Assembly: GCA_904063045.1 (NCBI GenBank)
Contig: CAJFCJ010000012.1
Location: 1,550,001 to 1,614,000, forward strand
DNA: 64,000 bases
Reading direction: 5' to 3'
Source of the DNA: Dimorphilus gyrociliatus
Taxonomy: Eukaryota; Animalia; Annelida
Shown here: in pieces, positions 61,531 to 64,000 of the stretch
Position numbering within the stretch: position 1 is the stretch's first letter
Layout: every line of letters starts with the position of its first letter
Made by a program: the position numbers and the translations under genes
Notes under the pieces: model-generated
The model's input: the letters and a program-made list of their open reading frames with translations, nothing else
Database searches by the model: none
Told to the model about the DNA's origin: nothing

Positions 61531-63959
61531 TTAATTATCTTTTAGTGTGTTAAAACTGCTAACGTTATATCCTCCTTTAAGACAGTTGTCTTCTAAGTAA
61601 AAGCTATTAGCGGGTAAGTCATCCTGTAAGTGAAGATTTGATAGAGAAAATCCACAATTGTTATATTTAACATAATATCTTACTTTTCTTTTATCAGACA
61701 AAGCAAGCATGTCGGTTCTTAATTTTTCTAAAATTTTTTCATGTGCATTTTTCTTTGGATCAACAGAATCTAGAATATTTAATTGCTTCATCTCCTCACT
61801 TCGAATCTAAATGACAAGAAAAAATATTATAGTATTATATATCTTAAACAATAACAACACATACTCGGCTCTCTTCAACGTGTTTCTTACAATTTCCATA
61901 TAAACGTAAAAGTCCACCATAAAATCGAATTTGAGGATGCATTTGCTATTGAAAAAAAACAACAAAAGAGTTTCTTATTATTTTCAATTGAATCTGAAGA
62001 AATAAGATATTTAACCCGTAATATCTCTTGAGCGGCTAGTTGTTGACCAACTTTTTTCTTTTTATAAAAAATCTATAAATAAATGTAAATTAATTATATT
62101 GTATAATTTTCCTTCTATAGCGTTATTTTATCATTTTTTACCTTTGCCGAAAATTTTCCAACTGTCATTGTTAAAGAATTTTTCTGTCCGTGAGCGCTAT
62201 GATATTGTGTATCAATCTTTCCATGACTAAAACCATAACTTGCATCTACCGAGAATGTTAATAATTGAACAGGATCAGGCGTACCAGTCCGTTGACAGAT
62301 CTCGTGAACTCGAGAATCTGTTATAGATATCTCATCAAACAGCTACATAAATAATTTGCTGTTGTTAAATTGATAATTTTTTGGAAAATTAAACAAAGAA
62401 TACAAACCTCAACGTCATTTAATTTATCCTTTTTATCTTCATCTGTAACTTTACTTATTTCTGGTGCTAAGGCTTGTAAAGTAACTTTTGCTATATTAAA
62501 AAAGTTAACTTTCAGTAAAACACTCTCTCATTGACAAAACGAATTAAAATATTTAACCTGCTTCTAACTTTGCCTGTTTCTTTGTCGCTGCATATCCAGT
62601 ACCATAGCACGTCCCTTTTATGTAAACATTTGCTGCATAGGGCAAGGCAGAGTTGGCTAAAAAAGGAATTGACGTTTACAATTGCAAGTTGAAACTAAGA
62701 AAACTTTTTATTACATCTCTCAGTAAACTGAATTTGAGGAGCCTCTCCCATAGATAATTGAACAAACTCGTGTAAAAGAGCAATATGTGTTTTTCCTGTA
62801 GGGTTAATTGTAAACTCTTTTCTTTTTCCGTTTGGCGCAACACACGATATCAATTTAGTACCAGGTGTCATATTAGCATATCTAGAACTTTTAAGATCGA
62901 TTCGTCTCTTCTTCCAGCTCCTATAATAATTGATTTTCTTTTTATGTCTGATATATTTCTCAAGAATTAATTGCTTACTTGAATCTTCTTGTTTTAATTC
63001 TCTCAAATTCAAAAACTTTTTCGCAATACTCCAGGAGTTCATCGTGAGCTGAAAGTTTCCACATGTCCCCTTCATTAAGATTTTTAGTAATAAAATGTAC
63101 TTACTTAAAGTTTTATTATATTCATCAGCGCTGTGAACCCGAACCGTAACGTCTACGCTGCCAGCTGTTTCAGTAACATCTTCCTGATTTTTATCTTCAG
63201 TTTTCACAAGTTCTCCCTGACATTCATCTTGATTTTTTTCTTCCATTTTTGACTTTTTAGCAACTGGACAACTGTCTTCGGCATTAGGTTGATCCCTTTT
63301 TTCTAAACCACGTTTATACGCAAAACAAGGAATAGCAGCAAGAGGAACATTATGCCTCTGAATTTAGAAAATTCATTCATTTATGTATATAAATTACTAT
63401 ACCGAACTCACCCTTGCACTTTCTTTTCCTATGTGATATGGCATGCTCATTGTGCAAACTCTTGACTCTCTGTGTAGATAGACATTCATACCAGAGAAAT
63501 GCCTTATCTCAACCCACCCACTCGGTAAAATAACATGGAAATGTTTGTTCAGTTCTGCAAAAAAATAAAAAAAATTAAAGATTAACTGAAGTATTATCTA
63601 AATGAAATACCTTTCAAAACAACTCTTTCAAAAGTCTCTGGTTCCCCTTCTCCTTCACCGTCACCCTCGCCACCCTCTTGTTCTTCTTCTGATGTGAATT
63701 CATCATTTTTCTTTTTTTCCTTAATAACAGTATCTTCTGCCTGATTACTGTCTTGATTACTATATGACTGAGTTAATTTTGATTGAGGCGGAGGCGGGGG
63801 AGACGGTAGCTTGGGTGGAGCCTCATTTGGTGGGGCTGGTTCGGATGTCATAGAATCTGTTAGAGTTTTATTACTTGATGAAGTAGGTGGTTGGGATGGA
63901 GGAGCCGGAGGCGGAGAAGGAGGTCTATCTTCTGGAAGAGGAGGAAAGAAATCCGACAT
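61531..63959 (-). CDS. DGCR8: Microprocessor subunit DGCR8/Pasha
   Basis: About 10 exons. WW/Rhed region LPSGWVEIRHFSGMNVYLHRESRVCT, heme-ligand-type AIPCFAY, dsRBD1 KEFTINPTGKT..LLHEFVQ..YGTGYAATKKQAK, dsRBD2 KKKVGQQLAAQEIL..HPQ..GGLLRLYG, C-terminal ILEKLRTDM. Confidence 0.94.
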
Positions 63960-64000
63960 TTTTCAAACTTTTATAATTCTAACTGATGATAAAGATGGAT

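Overview
Eukaryotic, AT-rich, gene-dense genomic DNA with mostly 55-70 nt introns, from a compact-genome bilaterian invertebrate. The species cannot be fixed from sequence; a miniaturised annelid-type genome is a guess. There are no prokaryotic features and no CRISPR. The left half is a CpG-rich developmental block: a complete 15-exon teneurin (+, ~2768 aa, first coding exon at 8782), a tRNA-Pro(CGG), and a convergent PRRX-type homeobox gene (-). The right half is a CpG-poorer housekeeping block: SLC49A4-like MFS transporter, an unusual ~1180-aa protein, DERA, COPS8, STX5, ANAPC11 (missed by the ORF track), OXCT1, Rubicon (with an internally deleted Tc1/mariner element in an intron), SRP68, TPMT and DGCR8/Pasha. 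The most unusual object is the ~1180-aa gene at 36739-40823: a ~920-aa acidic/basic low-complexity region fused to a pyrroline-5-carboxylate reductase domain that keeps PYCR-like exon structure and the dimerisation helices but has lost the recognisable catalytic motifs (candidate pseudo-enzyme scaffold). Other notable signals are a CLEAR/M-box cluster at the Rubicon 5' end, CTCF/YY1-like motifs plus a tRNA at the teneurin/PRRX boundary, and three head-to-head promoters that each carry an ETS core. All exon models were assembled by hand and gene identities rest on recalled family motifs, not database searches.
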